Positions 8,830 through 18,221 of a stretch of 60,593 nucleotides of DNA are shown piece after piece. Under the pieces are notes generated by a model, which was not told where the DNA came from, searched no databases, and was given only the letters and a program-made list of their open reading frames with translations. This DNA is from an uncultured Methanosarcinales archaeon (GTDB lineage: Archaea > Nanobdellota > Nanobdellia > Woesearchaeales > GW2011-AR9): positions 1 through 60,593 of the forward strand of contig CAZXEM010000001.1 of NCBI GenBank assembly GCA_964639875.1. The letters run 5' to 3'. The stretch's first letter is position 1. Each line of letters begins with the position of its first letter. Both the position numbers and the translations under genes were made by a program.

Positions 8830-9627
8830 ATGACTTCATTAAAAACTAAAAAACTTCTTAAAGAAGTATCACGGACCCTTCAGAAAGAAAGGGAAACTTT
8901 TTCTAGGCAGGAAATAGTAAAAAAAATGAACGAAATAAAGTATTTATCTAAGCAGAAAAAAGTACCCAAATTATCTTTACAGAAAGAAATTCGTCATCTG
9001 GAAAAAAAATTATCCGGAGTATTTGAACTTGAACAAAAAATGTTGAAAAATAAGAAAAGTGAATCTAGTAAAGTTGCAATTCTTAAAAAACAAATTAACC
9101 AATTGAAAAAAAGGTTAGCTGCTAACGAACAAAAAGATTTGCATAAAAAAGTTGAAAAATTGTCCCACCTTCTAGGAGAATTAATGGCTAAACAAGAAAC
9201 AAAAACTCATGTTAATCTAAATAAAAAAGTTCAAAGAAAAAGTTCAAAATCAAAGTCCAAGCCAGTAAGTAAACAAAAACCTACATCTACGAACAATTCT
9301 AATAAAGCGATTATTTTACAGGAACGTTTAGAAGCTTTAAAAGAAGAAATGGAAGCTAACCCACAATTAAGTACTAAAAATCCAAAAAAAGCTCAATTAA
9401 TTGAAAAGAATATTGTTTCTTTACAAGAAAAATTAAATCAATGTTTAGGTGTTGCCAAAAATATTCCAACCGCAATTAAAACTAAAATGCCCGATAGTGG
9501 AGACGGCCAGATTAAACACAAAATGTTATTTGAAGCACCACCAAGTCCAGTTGAAGATGAAACAATTCCAAAAACTGATTTAGATGATGAACTACCTATG
9601 CCACCACCTCCAAAAATTAAAAAGTAA
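8830..9627 (+). CDS. Lys-rich coiled-coil protein with polyproline C-terminus
   Basis: K-rich heptad-like sequence ending DDELPMPPPPKIKK. Starts 10 nt after the previous gene, so probably co-transcribed. Confidence 0.45.
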   Translation: MTSLKTKKLLKEVSRTLQKERETFSRQEIVKKMNEIKYLSKQKKVPKLSLQKEIRHLEKKLSGVFELEQKMLKNKKSESSKVAILKKQINQLKKRLAANEQKDLHKKVEKLSHLLGELMAKQETKTHVNLNKKVQRKSSKSKSKPVSKQKPTSTNNSNKAIILQERLEALKEEMEANPQLSTKNPKKAQLIEKNIVSLQEKLNQCLGVAKNIPTAIKTKMPDSGDGQIKHKMLFEAPPSPVEDETIPKTDLDDELPMPPPPKIKK

Positions 9628-9806
9628 GTTTTAATTTTTCTACATTTTTAGAATTATCATTGTAAAGATAGTATGAATTAAGCTACCAAAACGACCGGCC
9701 TTCTGCGCTTCGCCTATTATGGCTACGCCATGCTCAGCTTACAAATTAAATGTAAAAATAGCTACTCATTATTGGGGTAGCTTAATTCACATCGAAGACA
9801 GTTAAG

Positions 9807-9816
9807 TTTTTATAAT
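9807..9816 (+). promoter_or_regulatory. TATA-box candidate for asnS (leaderless geometry)
   Basis: tttttataat centred about 27 nt upstream of ATG 9839. Confidence 0.45.
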
Positions 9817-9838
9817 TCAGGTAATTAACTTTAACAAA

Positions 9839-11140
9839 ATGGCAAAAAAATATTTATCAATTCAAGAAATAATTAAAAAAGGTAAAGGTAAAGTATCTTT
9901 ACGTGGCTGGGTACACCGTGAAAGAGGCAGTAACAAATTTAAATTTATCACTCTTAGAGATTCTACTAATGTGATTCAATGTATTCTTGATAGAAACAAT
10001 TTTGAAAGTAGTTGGGAAGAAATTGATAAAATGCAGGTAGAGACCTCAATAGAAATTACGGGGATGATTAAAGCCGATGAACGTGCTCCTAACGGTTATG
10101 AAATTCAAGTAAGTGAGTATAATATTGTGGGTAAATCTGAAAATTATCCAATTACTAAAGATTTTTCTAAAGAGTTCCTTGCAGATAATCGACACTTATG
10201 GTTAAGAAGTAGAAAAATGACTGCAATTTTAAAAATTAGAAGTACAGTTTTTGGAGCGATTGATGAATATTTCAAAGGAGAAGGATTTTATGAATATCAT
10301 TCTCCAATCCTACAGGCAGTACAGTGCGAGGGCGGTTCTGATTTATTTACAGTTGATTATTTTAAGAAGAAAGGTGTCTTTCTAGCCCAAACTTGGCAAT
10401 TGTATGCAGAACCAGCAATTTTTGGTTTAGAAAAAATTTATACTATCTCTCCCAGTTTTCGAGCAGAAAAAAGTAAAACTTCCCGTCATTTAACAGAATT
10501 TTGGCATGCAGAAATGGAAGCGGCCTGGTGTACTTTTGATCAATTACAAAATTATGGGGAAGCTTTAGTAAAATATATTTTCAACAAAGTATTAGAAAAC
10601 AACAAACCGGACTTAGAAGTATTGGGTAGAGATTTGAAAAAAATAAAACCAATCGTTGAAAAACCGTTTATCCGGATGACTTACACTGAAGCTTTAAAAG
10701 TTTTGGACGAGAAATGTGGAATGAAAGTAGCTTGGGGTAAAGATTTGAGAACAATTGAAGAAGATAAATTAACTAGTACCTATGATGTTCCGATAATTGT
10801 CACTCATTATCCAAAAGAAGTTAAGGCTTTTTACATGACGGAAGATCCAGAAAATCCAAAAGTAGTTTTAGGTTTTGATTTATTAGCTCCGGAAGGTCAT
10901 GGTGAAATTATTGGTGCTTCTGACCGAGAACCAGATATTGAAAAAATCAAACAACGATTAAAAGAAGATGGAGAAGATCCCAAAGAATATACTTTTTATT
11001 TAGATACTCGGAAATATGGTAGCGTACCTCACGCAGGTTTTGGTTTAGGTGTAGAACGAGTCATCAAATGGATCTGTGGTTTAGATACGATTAAAGATAC
11101 TATTCCTTTCCCGAGAACAATGGAACGGTACAAACCTTAA
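9839..11140 (+). CDS. asnS: Asparaginyl-tRNA synthetase (class IIb; AspRS not fully excluded)
   Basis: OB-fold N-terminus. Motif 2 region FRAEKSKTSRHLTEFWHAEMEAAW (EFW is typical of AsnRS). Motif 3 GSVPHAGFGLGVERVIKWICGLDTIKDTIPFPR. Confidence 0.75.
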   Translation: MAKKYLSIQEIIKKGKGKVSLRGWVHRERGSNKFKFITLRDSTNVIQCILDRNNFESSWEEIDKMQVETSIEITGMIKADERAPNGYEIQVSEYNIVGKSENYPITKDFSKEFLADNRHLWLRSRKMTAILKIRSTVFGAIDEYFKGEGFYEYHSPILQAVQCEGGSDLFTVDYFKKKGVFLAQTWQLYAEPAIFGLEKIYTISPSFRAEKSKTSRHLTEFWHAEMEAAWCTFDQLQNYGEALVKYIFNKVLENNKPDLEVLGRDLKKIKPIVEKPFIRMTYTEALKVLDEKCGMKVAWGKDLRTIEEDKLTSTYDVPIIVTHYPKEVKAFYMTEDPENPKVVLGFDLLAPEGHGEIIGASDREPDIEKIKQRLKEDGEDPKEYTFYLDTRKYGSVPHAGFGLGVERVIKWICGLDTIKDTIPFPRTMERYKP

Positions 11141-11150
11141 TTTTTTTTTT
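11141..11150 (+). terminator. Oligo-T terminator
   Basis: T10 run immediately after the asnS stop codon. Confidence 0.5.
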
Positions 11151-11157
11151 ATTTAAT

Positions 11158-11673
11158 ATGACTCTTCATTTTGATAAGAATGTTCATCAAGCACTGGACA
11201 AAATAGAGTTCTTTGATTATCATGAGATTATTGTCCATGAAAAAGAAGAAGAAAGAACTCATTTGAATTCTTGCCAAATAATTGAAACTTATGGAAAAGC
11301 TAAATGGCAAATTGTAGATTTGTTAAACCAGCAATATAACACCAAATTTGACCTTTATAATTGGTTAAACAAAGATAAAAGTGATGAAGTAGCTTACTTT
11401 CTTAACGAATCTGGATCTAACTGTTTAAATTATTCAGAATTTAAATCTCCCACCAAATTCCATCTTTGGTTAGGAAAAAATGGATTTATAATTGGAATTG
11501 AACAAAATGGCAAAGGATTCAACGCAGAAGAAGTTTATCAAAAAAAAATTAAAGAAAATGAAGGTAACGGGTTTCAATTTTTTGCAAATTGCAAAAGTAA
11601 AGTCTTTTTTAACAATTCAAATGATGCCAAAATCGTTTTTTTTAAACATAATTTCCAAATCAATAATTATTGA
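11158..11673 (+). CDS. Hypothetical protein; possible small GHKL (HATPase_c) fold, SpoIIAB/RsbW-like
   Basis: Spacing of LNESGSNCLNY (N-box-like), IGIEQNGKGF (G1-like) and ENEGNGFQFF (G2-like) mirrors small anti-sigma Ser kinases. The alignment was made from memory only. Confidence 0.4.
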   Translation: MTLHFDKNVHQALDKIEFFDYHEIIVHEKEEERTHLNSCQIIETYGKAKWQIVDLLNQQYNTKFDLYNWLNKDKSDEVAYFLNESGSNCLNYSEFKSPTKFHLWLGKNGFIIGIEQNGKGFNAEEVYQKKIKENEGNGFQFFANCKSKVFFNNSNDAKIVFFKHNFQINNY

Positions 11674-11771
11674 AAACGTATATTCTCCAGTATATACATT
11701 CCAGACCAAAAGATTTATAAAGAGTTCTCCTGAAAAATAATCTCCCCATTTAAAAAGGGAGATAATTACCA

Positions 11772-12962
11772 ATGACAACATATAACTTAAATCAAACAGG
11801 AATTGAATCCCTTATTAATTCACCTAGAAACATCAATCGCGTTCCTAATCCAACAGAAATTATTGAGGAGAAAACTTTTGAATCTGTGTTTGGACAACAT
11901 TGTGATGCTGGTTCATTTGGCACTATAACCCAAAGTCCTAATGGAGGTGTCCGTAAAGTTTTAGCATTTAGTCAGACGCCACTAGTTGATTTACCAGGAA
12001 TTCATCAAAATGTTAAAATATCTCATTTTAATGACAAAAATTACAAATTAAAAAAAGATGATTTGTCTTTAGAATTCACACTTTCAGAACCAAATCACTT
12101 ACATGTTGTTGGTGGCATTATGGAAGGAGTAATTTTACGTTCATTACAAGGTATTGAAGGAGTAGTTTCATACCGTGATCGAACATTTACTGTTATTGAT
12201 GGTTATATTTTTATGTCTACAGAAATGGACAAAGCTCCTGGAAAAACAACTTCTGAACTAGTACAGGAACAAATTACTTTAGAATCCGCATTAAATATTT
12301 CTTATAATGCAGCATTAACCCTTCAACAAGTTCACGATTATGACATTATTCACGGTGATATAACTCCCCAAAACATTATGTCAGATGGACAAAAAACAAC
12401 TATTACCGATTTTGGCAATTCACAAGTTGTTGGTTTAGAAATGTATTTTGGACTTTCCTATCGTGAAGCTAATGAAAAATCTTTTGTAGTAAAATTTGCA
12501 AACGATTTACCTAAAATTGGAACTCCAGCATATTTTGCCCCCGAAACATTTTTTGAAGGTACTTCAATTTCCGGCGATGTATTTTCAATGACCACCACTA
12601 CTCTTTATTTAACAACAGGAATGCTTGTTGCTCGTGAAATTGCAGAAGAAGGATGGAGTCCTAAAATTTATACTGCCACTAAAGAAAAAATGATCGAAAA
12701 TCATGTCCCAAAACCCGTTCGTCAAGCAATTTTATTTAACCTTGCCGTCAATCCAAATAAAAGAGATTTGGACATGCTTATTTCTGCTTTAGGTACTTCT
12801 TTAGGTGCAGAATTACCTGCCGGTGTTAGAGCTTATTCCTGTCCTCCCGTATATGCTCAAACACAATCTCCAATCGTTTCAATGGATTATCTTCAACAAT
12901 TTGGAGAAGCGAAAACAGAATTATTATCTGGTGAAGAACCTAAAAGTAAAATATTACAATAA
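11772..12962 (+). CDS. Eukaryotic-like Ser/Thr protein kinase
   Basis: Catalytic loop IIHGDITPQNIM, DFG (ITDFGNS) and APE-like GTPAYFAPE. TTTATAAA at 11714-11721 and GGGAG upstream of the ATG. Confidence 0.65.
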   Translation: MTTYNLNQTGIESLINSPRNINRVPNPTEIIEEKTFESVFGQHCDAGSFGTITQSPNGGVRKVLAFSQTPLVDLPGIHQNVKISHFNDKNYKLKKDDLSLEFTLSEPNHLHVVGGIMEGVILRSLQGIEGVVSYRDRTFTVIDGYIFMSTEMDKAPGKTTSELVQEQITLESALNISYNAALTLQQVHDYDIIHGDITPQNIMSDGQKTTITDFGNSQVVGLEMYFGLSYREANEKSFVVKFANDLPKIGTPAYFAPETFFEGTSISGDVFSMTTTTLYLTTGMLVAREIAEEGWSPKIYTATKEKMIENHVPKPVRQAILFNLAVNPNKRDLDMLISALGTSLGAELPAGVRAYSCPPVYAQTQSPIVSMDYLQQFGEAKTELLSGEEPKSKILQ

Positions 12963-13052
12963 AAAACCTACATTTTGATTAGAAAAATCATCTGAAAAAT
13001 AGAAGTTCAACAAATATTCTTCTAAGCTTCTCTCCAATTTCGTGGCGAAAGC

Positions 13053-13060
13053 TTTATAAA
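13053..13060 (+). promoter_or_regulatory. TATA box (with purine-rich BRE-like cgaaagc) for the tuf transcript
   Basis: gaaagcTTTATAAAcaaacc. GGAGG SD lies at about 13111-13115, ahead of ATG 13125. Confidence 0.5.
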
Positions 13061-13124
13061 CAAACCAGTTAAAAAACTATTAAACTAATAATCCTAATTA
13101 TAGGAAGAAATGGAGGAATAAAAT

Positions 13125-14417
13125 ATGGCAAAAGAAAAAGAACATATCAACTTGGTTTTCGTAGGTCACGTAGATCACGGTAAATCAACTACGGTAGGAA
13201 GATTATTGTTCGACTCTGGTAATGTAGACGAACAAGCAATGAGAAAATTAAAAGAAAAAGCTGAACAACTTGGTAAAAAAGGTTTCGAATTCGCTTTCGT
13301 TATGGATAACTTGAAAGAAGAACAAGAACGTGGAGTTACTATTGACTTGGCTCACAAAAGATTTGATACTGATAAGTATTACTTTACAATTATTGACGCA
13401 CCTGGTCACAGAGACTTTATTAAAAACATGATTACTGGTGCTGCTCAAGCAGATTGTGCAGTTTTAGTTGTAGCTGCTAATGATGGTGTTAACGCACAAA
13501 CTATCGAACATTTAAAATTAACAAAAATTTTCGGTGTTGGACAGTTAATCGTTGCGGTTAATAAGATGGACATTTCTGGAGTAGAATACTCTGAAGACAG
13601 GTTTAAAGCTGTTGTTGAAGAAGTTAAGAAAAACGCAACACAAGCTGGTTGGGATGTTTCAAAAGTAGCTTTCTTACCTATTGCTTCTTTACAAGGAGAC
13701 AATGTTGCTAAGAAATCAGAAAATATGCCTTGGTGGACTGGAGATACTTTATTACAAGCTATCGACAAATTTGAAGTTCCACAAAAACCAACAGACTTAC
13801 CTTTAAGATTACCATTACAAGATGTTTATAACATCACTGGTATTGGTGTTGTTCCTGTAGGAAGAATCGAAACAGGCGTTATGAAAATTGGTCAAAAAGT
13901 TATTGCTGTTCCTGGAAGAGAAGGTAAAGGTGTTCCTGGCGAAGTTAAATCTATTGAAATGCATCACGAACAAGTTCAACAAGCAGGTCCTGGTGACAAC
14001 GTTGGATTTAACGTACGTGGATTTGGTAAAAAAGATATTGCTCGTGGAGACGTTATCGGCCCTGCTGAAGCTCCTCCAAGTGTAGCTACTGAATTTACTG
14101 CACAAATTGTTATTATGTCACATCCAAGTGTTGTAACTGTTGGTTATACTCCGGTATTCCATATTCATACAGCACAGGTTGCTTGTCAGTTTGTAGAGAT
14201 TATTAAAAAGCTTGATCCTGCAACTGGTAACGAAGTAACAGAAAACAAAGACATCTTAAGAAACGGCGATGCAGCTATTGTTAGATTAAGACCTGTACAA
14301 CCTCTTGTAATTGAAAAGAACTCAGAAATTCCGCAAATGAGTAGATTTGCAATCCGAGATTCTGGTGTTACAGTTGCAGCTGGAATGTGTCAGGAGTTAA
14401 CTAAGAAAGAGATGTAA
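13125..14417 (+). CDS. tuf: Translation elongation factor EF-1 alpha (aEF1A)
   Basis: [17 protein letters not shown] and NKMD GTPase motifs. Full-length archaeal EF-1alpha. Confidence 0.95.
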   Translation: MAKEKEHINLVFVGHVDHGKSTTVGRLLFDSGNVDEQAMRKLKEKAEQLGKKGFEFAFVMDNLKEEQERGVTIDLAHKRFDTDKYYFTIIDAPGHRDFIKNMITGAAQADCAVLVVAANDGVNAQTIEHLKLTKIFGVGQLIVAVNKMDISGVEYSEDRFKAVVEEVKKNATQAGWDVSKVAFLPIASLQGDNVAKKSENMPWWTGDTLLQAIDKFEVPQKPTDLPLRLPLQDVYNITGIGVVPVGRIETGVMKIGQKVIAVPGREGKGVPGEVKSIEMHHEQVQQAGPGDNVGFNVRGFGKKDIARGDVIGPAEAPPSVATEFTAQIVIMSHPSVVTVGYTPVFHIHTAQVACQFVEIIKKLDPATGNEVTENKDILRNGDAAIVRLRPVQPLVIEKNSEIPQMSRFAIRDSGVTVAAGMCQELTKKEM

Positions 14418-14420
14418 TAA

Positions 14421-14448
14421 TTTTTATTTTTTTTCCTCTTTATTTTTT
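14421..14448 (+). terminator. T-rich terminator region after tuf
   Basis: tttttattttttttcctctttatttttt directly after the stop codon. Confidence 0.4.
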
Positions 14449-14457
14449 AGGGAAAAG

Positions 14458-14465
14458 CTTATAAA
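14458..14465 (+). promoter_or_regulatory. TATA-box candidate for rps10
   Basis: aaaagCTTATAAAcaaccc, same sequence style as the tuf promoter. Confidence 0.4.
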
Positions 14466-14533
14466 CAACCCAAAACCAGGGATAAAACGTAAGCATGATG
14501 ATGAAAATCACCATGTAACAGGAAAAATATATA

Positions 14534-14848
14534 ATGGCACAAAGAGCGAGAATAAAATTAGGCAGTACTGATATTAACAAAGTTAATAGAATTTGTGATG
14601 ATATTAGGGGTATTGCTGAAAAGACTGGCGTAGATTTACGTGGACCTATTCCTTTGCCTACTAAGAAACTTAAAGTAACCACTCGAAAAAGTCCTTGTGG
14701 TGACGGGAAAGCAACTTGGGAAAGATACGAGATGCGGATCCATAAACGTTTAATTGATCTCAGTGCTGATGAGAGAACATTAAGATTGGTTATGAGAGTA
14801 CCAATTCCTGAAGGTCTCAACATTGAAATCGATATGGTTGATGTTTGA
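14534..14848 (+). CDS. rps10: 30S ribosomal protein S10 (uS10)
   Basis: ARIKLGSTD...LRGPIPLPTKKLKVTTRKSPCGDGKATWERYEMRIHKRLIDL. Conserved tuf-rps10 adjacency. Confidence 0.95.
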   Translation: MAQRARIKLGSTDINKVNRICDDIRGIAEKTGVDLRGPIPLPTKKLKVTTRKSPCGDGKATWERYEMRIHKRLIDLSADERTLRLVMRVPIPEGLNIEIDMVDV

Positions 14849-14897
14849 TTTAAGAAATTCTAATTTTTTAACAAAATTTAAAGTATAATTAAAATAA

Positions 14898-16139
14898 CTA
14901 TCTAACTTGTTTAATTCTAACTTGTTTATCATTAAGATACTCGTTCTTAATAAAATTGTTAACAAAATCATCTAGCTGAGGATATTTAACTTTAATTTTA
15001 GCAAACAGTTTACCATTTTTAGTAAAAGTATCTTTATTTTTCTTCTTAAAATTTTTAACAAACTCTTTAAGTTTAATTGGCGGACCTTGTCTGAATTCAT
15101 ATTCAGACAATTCATTATTATTTAAAATAAAGTAAATGGTAGCTGTTTTTTTGTGATCCCAATCCCAACCAGATTCTTTAACTCCAAAAACTTCTAATTC
15201 TCTCTTCAAAAACTGAAAACTTTTGAGTAATTTATAACCCATAACATCTTCCTTGTTTTTCTTAACAATTGCTGAGAAAAAAACTAAATGTCCTTTCTTA
15301 GTTTTAGTTTTAAGTTGATCATAACTAATTTCTTCTTTCTCAAACAAACTAACATTCGGATTTTTCAAATACAGTTTAGCTTTCTTTTGAAAAAGTTTAA
15401 ATTTTTCTAAAGACAAAGCGGCAGACGCATTTCTATCCTTATCTACTGGGTCAATAATTATTAACGGAGATTGTAACTTTGACTTGTTCAATTCAAAGAA
15501 AACATTTTTTGTTGGATAATACTTTTCAGGGTCAATAACCTGTTTCAGTTTCCACTTTTGTGATTCTTTTAACAACTTTTGAAAAGAACCATAATAAGCA
15601 ATTAGAATTTCCAATACATAACCTGAGAAGCCAGAAAGATAAGATTCCGCCCCGTAAAGATTATTAGCCCTACAAAATTGTTTAGCTAAACGAATATCGT
15701 CTTTAATTTTCTTTGTATGTTTGTTAACCCATACTGAATGTAATGGCGAGATATCAGTAATATTAAGCGCTTGTTCCATCTTAATAATTTTTAGCACTGG
15801 AACAATTTCAAAAACATAATCCTGATGATTAATTTGAAAATAATCTCTGCTTCCGTGTAACCTTTCAATTTTAATTTTTGGAAAAGATTTCTTAATTGAT
15901 TTTTCTAACAATTCTGATAAAGATGTTGACTGATCTTTATATTTCTGATAATCAAATTGAACAAAAATATCAATATCATGATTACCAGATAACCAAGTAT
16001 CTTTAGCTCCAGAACCGCCAAGAGTGGCTTTTGCATCTTTTAAGTTAGAATTTAATTTTTTAATAAAAGTTGAAACTAATTTTTGCAGTTTATTTTGTTC
16101 TTCTTTGCTTGGTTTAATTTTATTCAATATTTCTTGCAT
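14898..16139 (-). CDS. cca: tRNA CCA-adding enzyme (archaeal class I nucleotidyltransferase)
   Basis: LGGSGAKDTWLSGNHDIDIFV catalytic signature. TATA-like ttaatataaaataag is centred about 26 nt upstream of ATG 16139. Confidence 0.85.
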   Translation of the reverse strand: MQEILNKIKPSKEEQNKLQKLVSTFIKKLNSNLKDAKATLGGSGAKDTWLSGNHDIDIFVQFDYQKYKDQSTSLSELLEKSIKKSFPKIKIERLHGSRDYFQINHQDYVFEIVPVLKIIKMEQALNITDISPLHSVWVNKHTKKIKDDIRLAKQFCRANNLYGAESYLSGFSGYVLEILIAYYGSFQKLLKESQKWKLKQVIDPEKYYPTKNVFFELNKSKLQSPLIIIDPVDKDRNASAALSLEKFKLFQKKAKLYLKNPNVSLFEKEEISYDQLKTKTKKGHLVFFSAIVKKNKEDVMGYKLLKSFQFLKRELEVFGVKESGWDWDHKKTATIYFILNNNELSEYEFRQGPPIKLKEFVKNFKKKNKDTFTKNGKLFAKIKVKYPQLDDFVNNFIKNEYLNDKQVRIKQVR

Positions 16140-16250
16140 TGATTCAAAGAATTGTTCTTATTTTATATTAATGTTTTTATTCTGATTTTACTACTAGATA
16201 ATCATAAACGAGGAAAGGTTTATAAAGTCTTTTTCATTTTAAGAGATTAT

Positions 16251-16277
16251 AATAATAATAATAATAATAATAATAAT
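16251..16277. repeat. (AAT)9 microsatellite
   Basis: Nine uninterrupted aat units between the TATA box at 16219-16226 and ATG 16298. Confidence 0.9.
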
Positions 16278-16297
16278 TATCATGAGGTAAAAATAAA

Positions 16298-16597
16298 ATG
16301 TTAAAACACGAATATAAACCAGGATTTGCAAAAATACCAGGATGGGAACATAAAGATGCAAGTTATATTGTTGAAAATCAAAAGATGAATAATGCTAAAG
16401 GAATGGGCGGATTAGTAGGATTTGTTACCGGAATAAGTCTTTTCCCAGCAGGTATAGAAAAACTTGACCAATTAGTAAATATGCCTAGTCCAGTAGGAGC
16501 AGGTTTGATGATTGCAGGAACAGCTTTAATAACTTATTTAGGAGTAAAGGCTGGAGAAAGAATTGCTAATTACGAAAATAACAAGTATCGATTTTAA
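16298..16597 (+). CDS. Small two-TM membrane protein, unknown function
   Basis: Hydrophobic segments GLVGFVTGISLFPAG and GAGLMIAGTALITYLGV. TTTATAAA lies upstream. Confidence 0.45.
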   Translation: MLKHEYKPGFAKIPGWEHKDASYIVENQKMNNAKGMGGLVGFVTGISLFPAGIEKLDQLVNMPSPVGAGLMIAGTALITYLGVKAGERIANYENNKYRF

Positions 16598-17337
16598 ATC
16601 TTTTTAAATTCTTTTTCAATTAATTTTTCCATAACTTTTTCTTCTTTTTCTAAGAAACGTAATTCTTTAATTAAAAACATCTTAATTTGATTCTTGAAGA
16701 TTAATAATAAAAGTAATAAGCTAACCATAACTGTGATCAGAATCATTGTAACACTTACTTCTCCCGCTGCTAACTCCGCTCCAAAATAAGTTAAAATAAT
16801 CATCTGTAAGATAAAACCAACAGTTGAGACCCAATTAAAATCTCTTAATCTAATCGAAGTTAAACCGGCCATGAAACTTACCAAATCGTTAGGGAATATT
16901 GGTGCAATCCTAGCTAGGAATAAAGCCCATCTCTTTTTCTGCTGAAAAAAAATGTGAAAATGGACCATTTCTTTCTTGCCAAACAATTTTAAAGCAAGTT
17001 TTTTACCATACTTTCTCCCAACTAAAAAAATGATCATTGATCCAAAAAAAGCACCGATTAAACTGTAAACTAATCCCAGAATTGGACCAAAAACAAATCC
17101 GGCAACAATTGTAGTTATTTGTGATGGAATTATTGATATTGTTGTTTGGAATGTTTGTAATAATATTATCGCTATTGGTGCTAAAACGCCAAAACTGAGG
17201 ATTAAAGTTTTTAACAATTCAGGGTTTGCTAAATAATACTGAACAGTTTTAGATTCTGTAATCAAGAAATAAAATAAAATAGCTAAAGCCAGAAGTAAAA
17301 AATATTTCAGTTTATGCACCCTCTTTTTAATTTGCAT
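16594..17337 (-). CDS. TVP38/TMEM64 (DedA/SNARE-associated) family membrane protein
   Basis: Signature VAGFVFGPILGLVYSLIGAFFGSMIIFLVGRKYG and polytopic topology. Confidence 0.65.
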   Translation of the reverse strand: MQIKKRVHKLKYFLLLALAILFYFLITESKTVQYYLANPELLKTLILSFGVLAPIAIILLQTFQTTISIIPSQITTIVAGFVFGPILGLVYSLIGAFFGSMIIFLVGRKYGKKLALKLFGKKEMVHFHIFFQQKKRWALFLARIAPIFPNDLVSFMAGLTSIRLRDFNWVSTVGFILQMIILTYFGAELAAGEVSVTMILITVMVSLLLLLLIFKNQIKMFLIKELRFLEKEEKVMEKLIEKEFKKI

Positions 17338-17430
17338 TAAAAGTAATTAAAATTGTTGAAGTATTTAAAGTTTATTTAATATTAGGGGTAACGGAGACTT
17401 TTTATATTAATTGTTTTTTCTATAATCAAG

Positions 17431-17724
17431 ATGGTAATCTTAAAAACAAAAATTCAATGTTTTCGTTGTAAAAAGAAAGTTGATAAGAACGAAACAAGGG
17501 TAAACAAATCAGTAAATGGCGAACCCAGGCATGAATGTTTTACTTGTTTCAAACGTTACCGGAGAGAACCTTTACTGGCAGGAGTTGAAGAAATCCCTTA
17601 TAAAAAAGATTATTATTGTCAACGGTGCAATTATAAATTTAAGTCTAAATTAAACACTTGCCCTTATTGTAGTAAAAATGATTTGGTCATAGGTGGAAAT
17701 GTTTCTCTTAAAGAACTGATGTGA
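17431..17724 (+). CDS. Double zinc-ribbon protein
   Basis: Four CxxC pairs (CFRC...CFTC; CQRC...CPYC). TATA centred about 27 nt upstream (17399-17408). Confidence 0.5.
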   Translation: MVILKTKIQCFRCKKKVDKNETRVNKSVNGEPRHECFTCFKRYRREPLLAGVEEIPYKKDYYCQRCNYKFKSKLNTCPYCSKNDLVIGGNVSLKELM

Positions 17725-17775
17725 TAATTGATTTTAAATATAGAAAGGTTTAATTAGCAAAATTGTTTTCTACTA

Positions 17776-18174
17776 ATGATGAAGTTCAAATATACGTTAA
17801 AATTCATTTGGGGAATTGTTTTAATTGTAGCTAGTTTACTGTTAGGCCTTCTCACTAAAATTTTCATGATTCTCTACTTAAATAACGAAAATGTTTTTTG
17901 GTCAATGGTCATAATCTATATTTTATCCTGGCCAATGTTAATATGGGGCATTTGGTGGGCTGGTAAAGAATATGCAGAAAGTTTAAGAAAATACTTTCAA
18001 TATAAATATTATCATAACCATATGAAAGTTAAAACTAAGAAAGCTTATCATGCAACTAAAGAAAGAACACAAAAATTGAAAGAAAGAGCTAAAGTTAAAT
18101 CAGCAAAATTAAAAGAAAAGACTAAAGAGAAGACAAGGAAACTAAAAAATAAACTAAAAAATAATCGTCATTAA
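17776..18174 (+). CDS. Membrane protein with Lys-rich C-terminal tail
   Basis: Two TM segments followed by KLKERAKVKSAKLKEKTKEKTRKLKNKLKNN. TATA at 17749-17757. Confidence 0.45.
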   Translation: MMKFKYTLKFIWGIVLIVASLLLGLLTKIFMILYLNNENVFWSMVIIYILSWPMLIWGIWWAGKEYAESLRKYFQYKYYHNHMKVKTKKAYHATKERTQKLKERAKVKSAKLKEKTKEKTRKLKNKLKNNRH

Positions 18175-18221
18175 TTTATATGATTAAGTTCATTGCTAAT
18201 TCTAATTTAAGAAAATAAAAG

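Noticed and set aside
9700-9715. Shared 10-mer tgcgcttcgc between the 9.7-kb element and the 36.0-kb spacer, as evidence of a common RNA family
   Set aside because: A single 10-nt match in 60 kb is within chance expectation. The flanking sequence and the predicted structures do not align.
13248-14105. Several 65-107-aa ORFs antisense to or nested in tuf (13248-13448, 13445-13768, 13815-14105, 13888-14085)
   Set aside because: They lie wholly inside the unambiguous EF-1alpha gene. They are low complexity with no start signals, and are typical shadow ORFs.
14440-14971. Minus-strand ORFs overlapping rps10 and the cca 3-prime end (14440-14823, 14780-14971)
   Set aside because: These are shadow ORFs opposite the conserved S10 gene and the intergenic region. 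The sequences are hydrophobic and low complexity.
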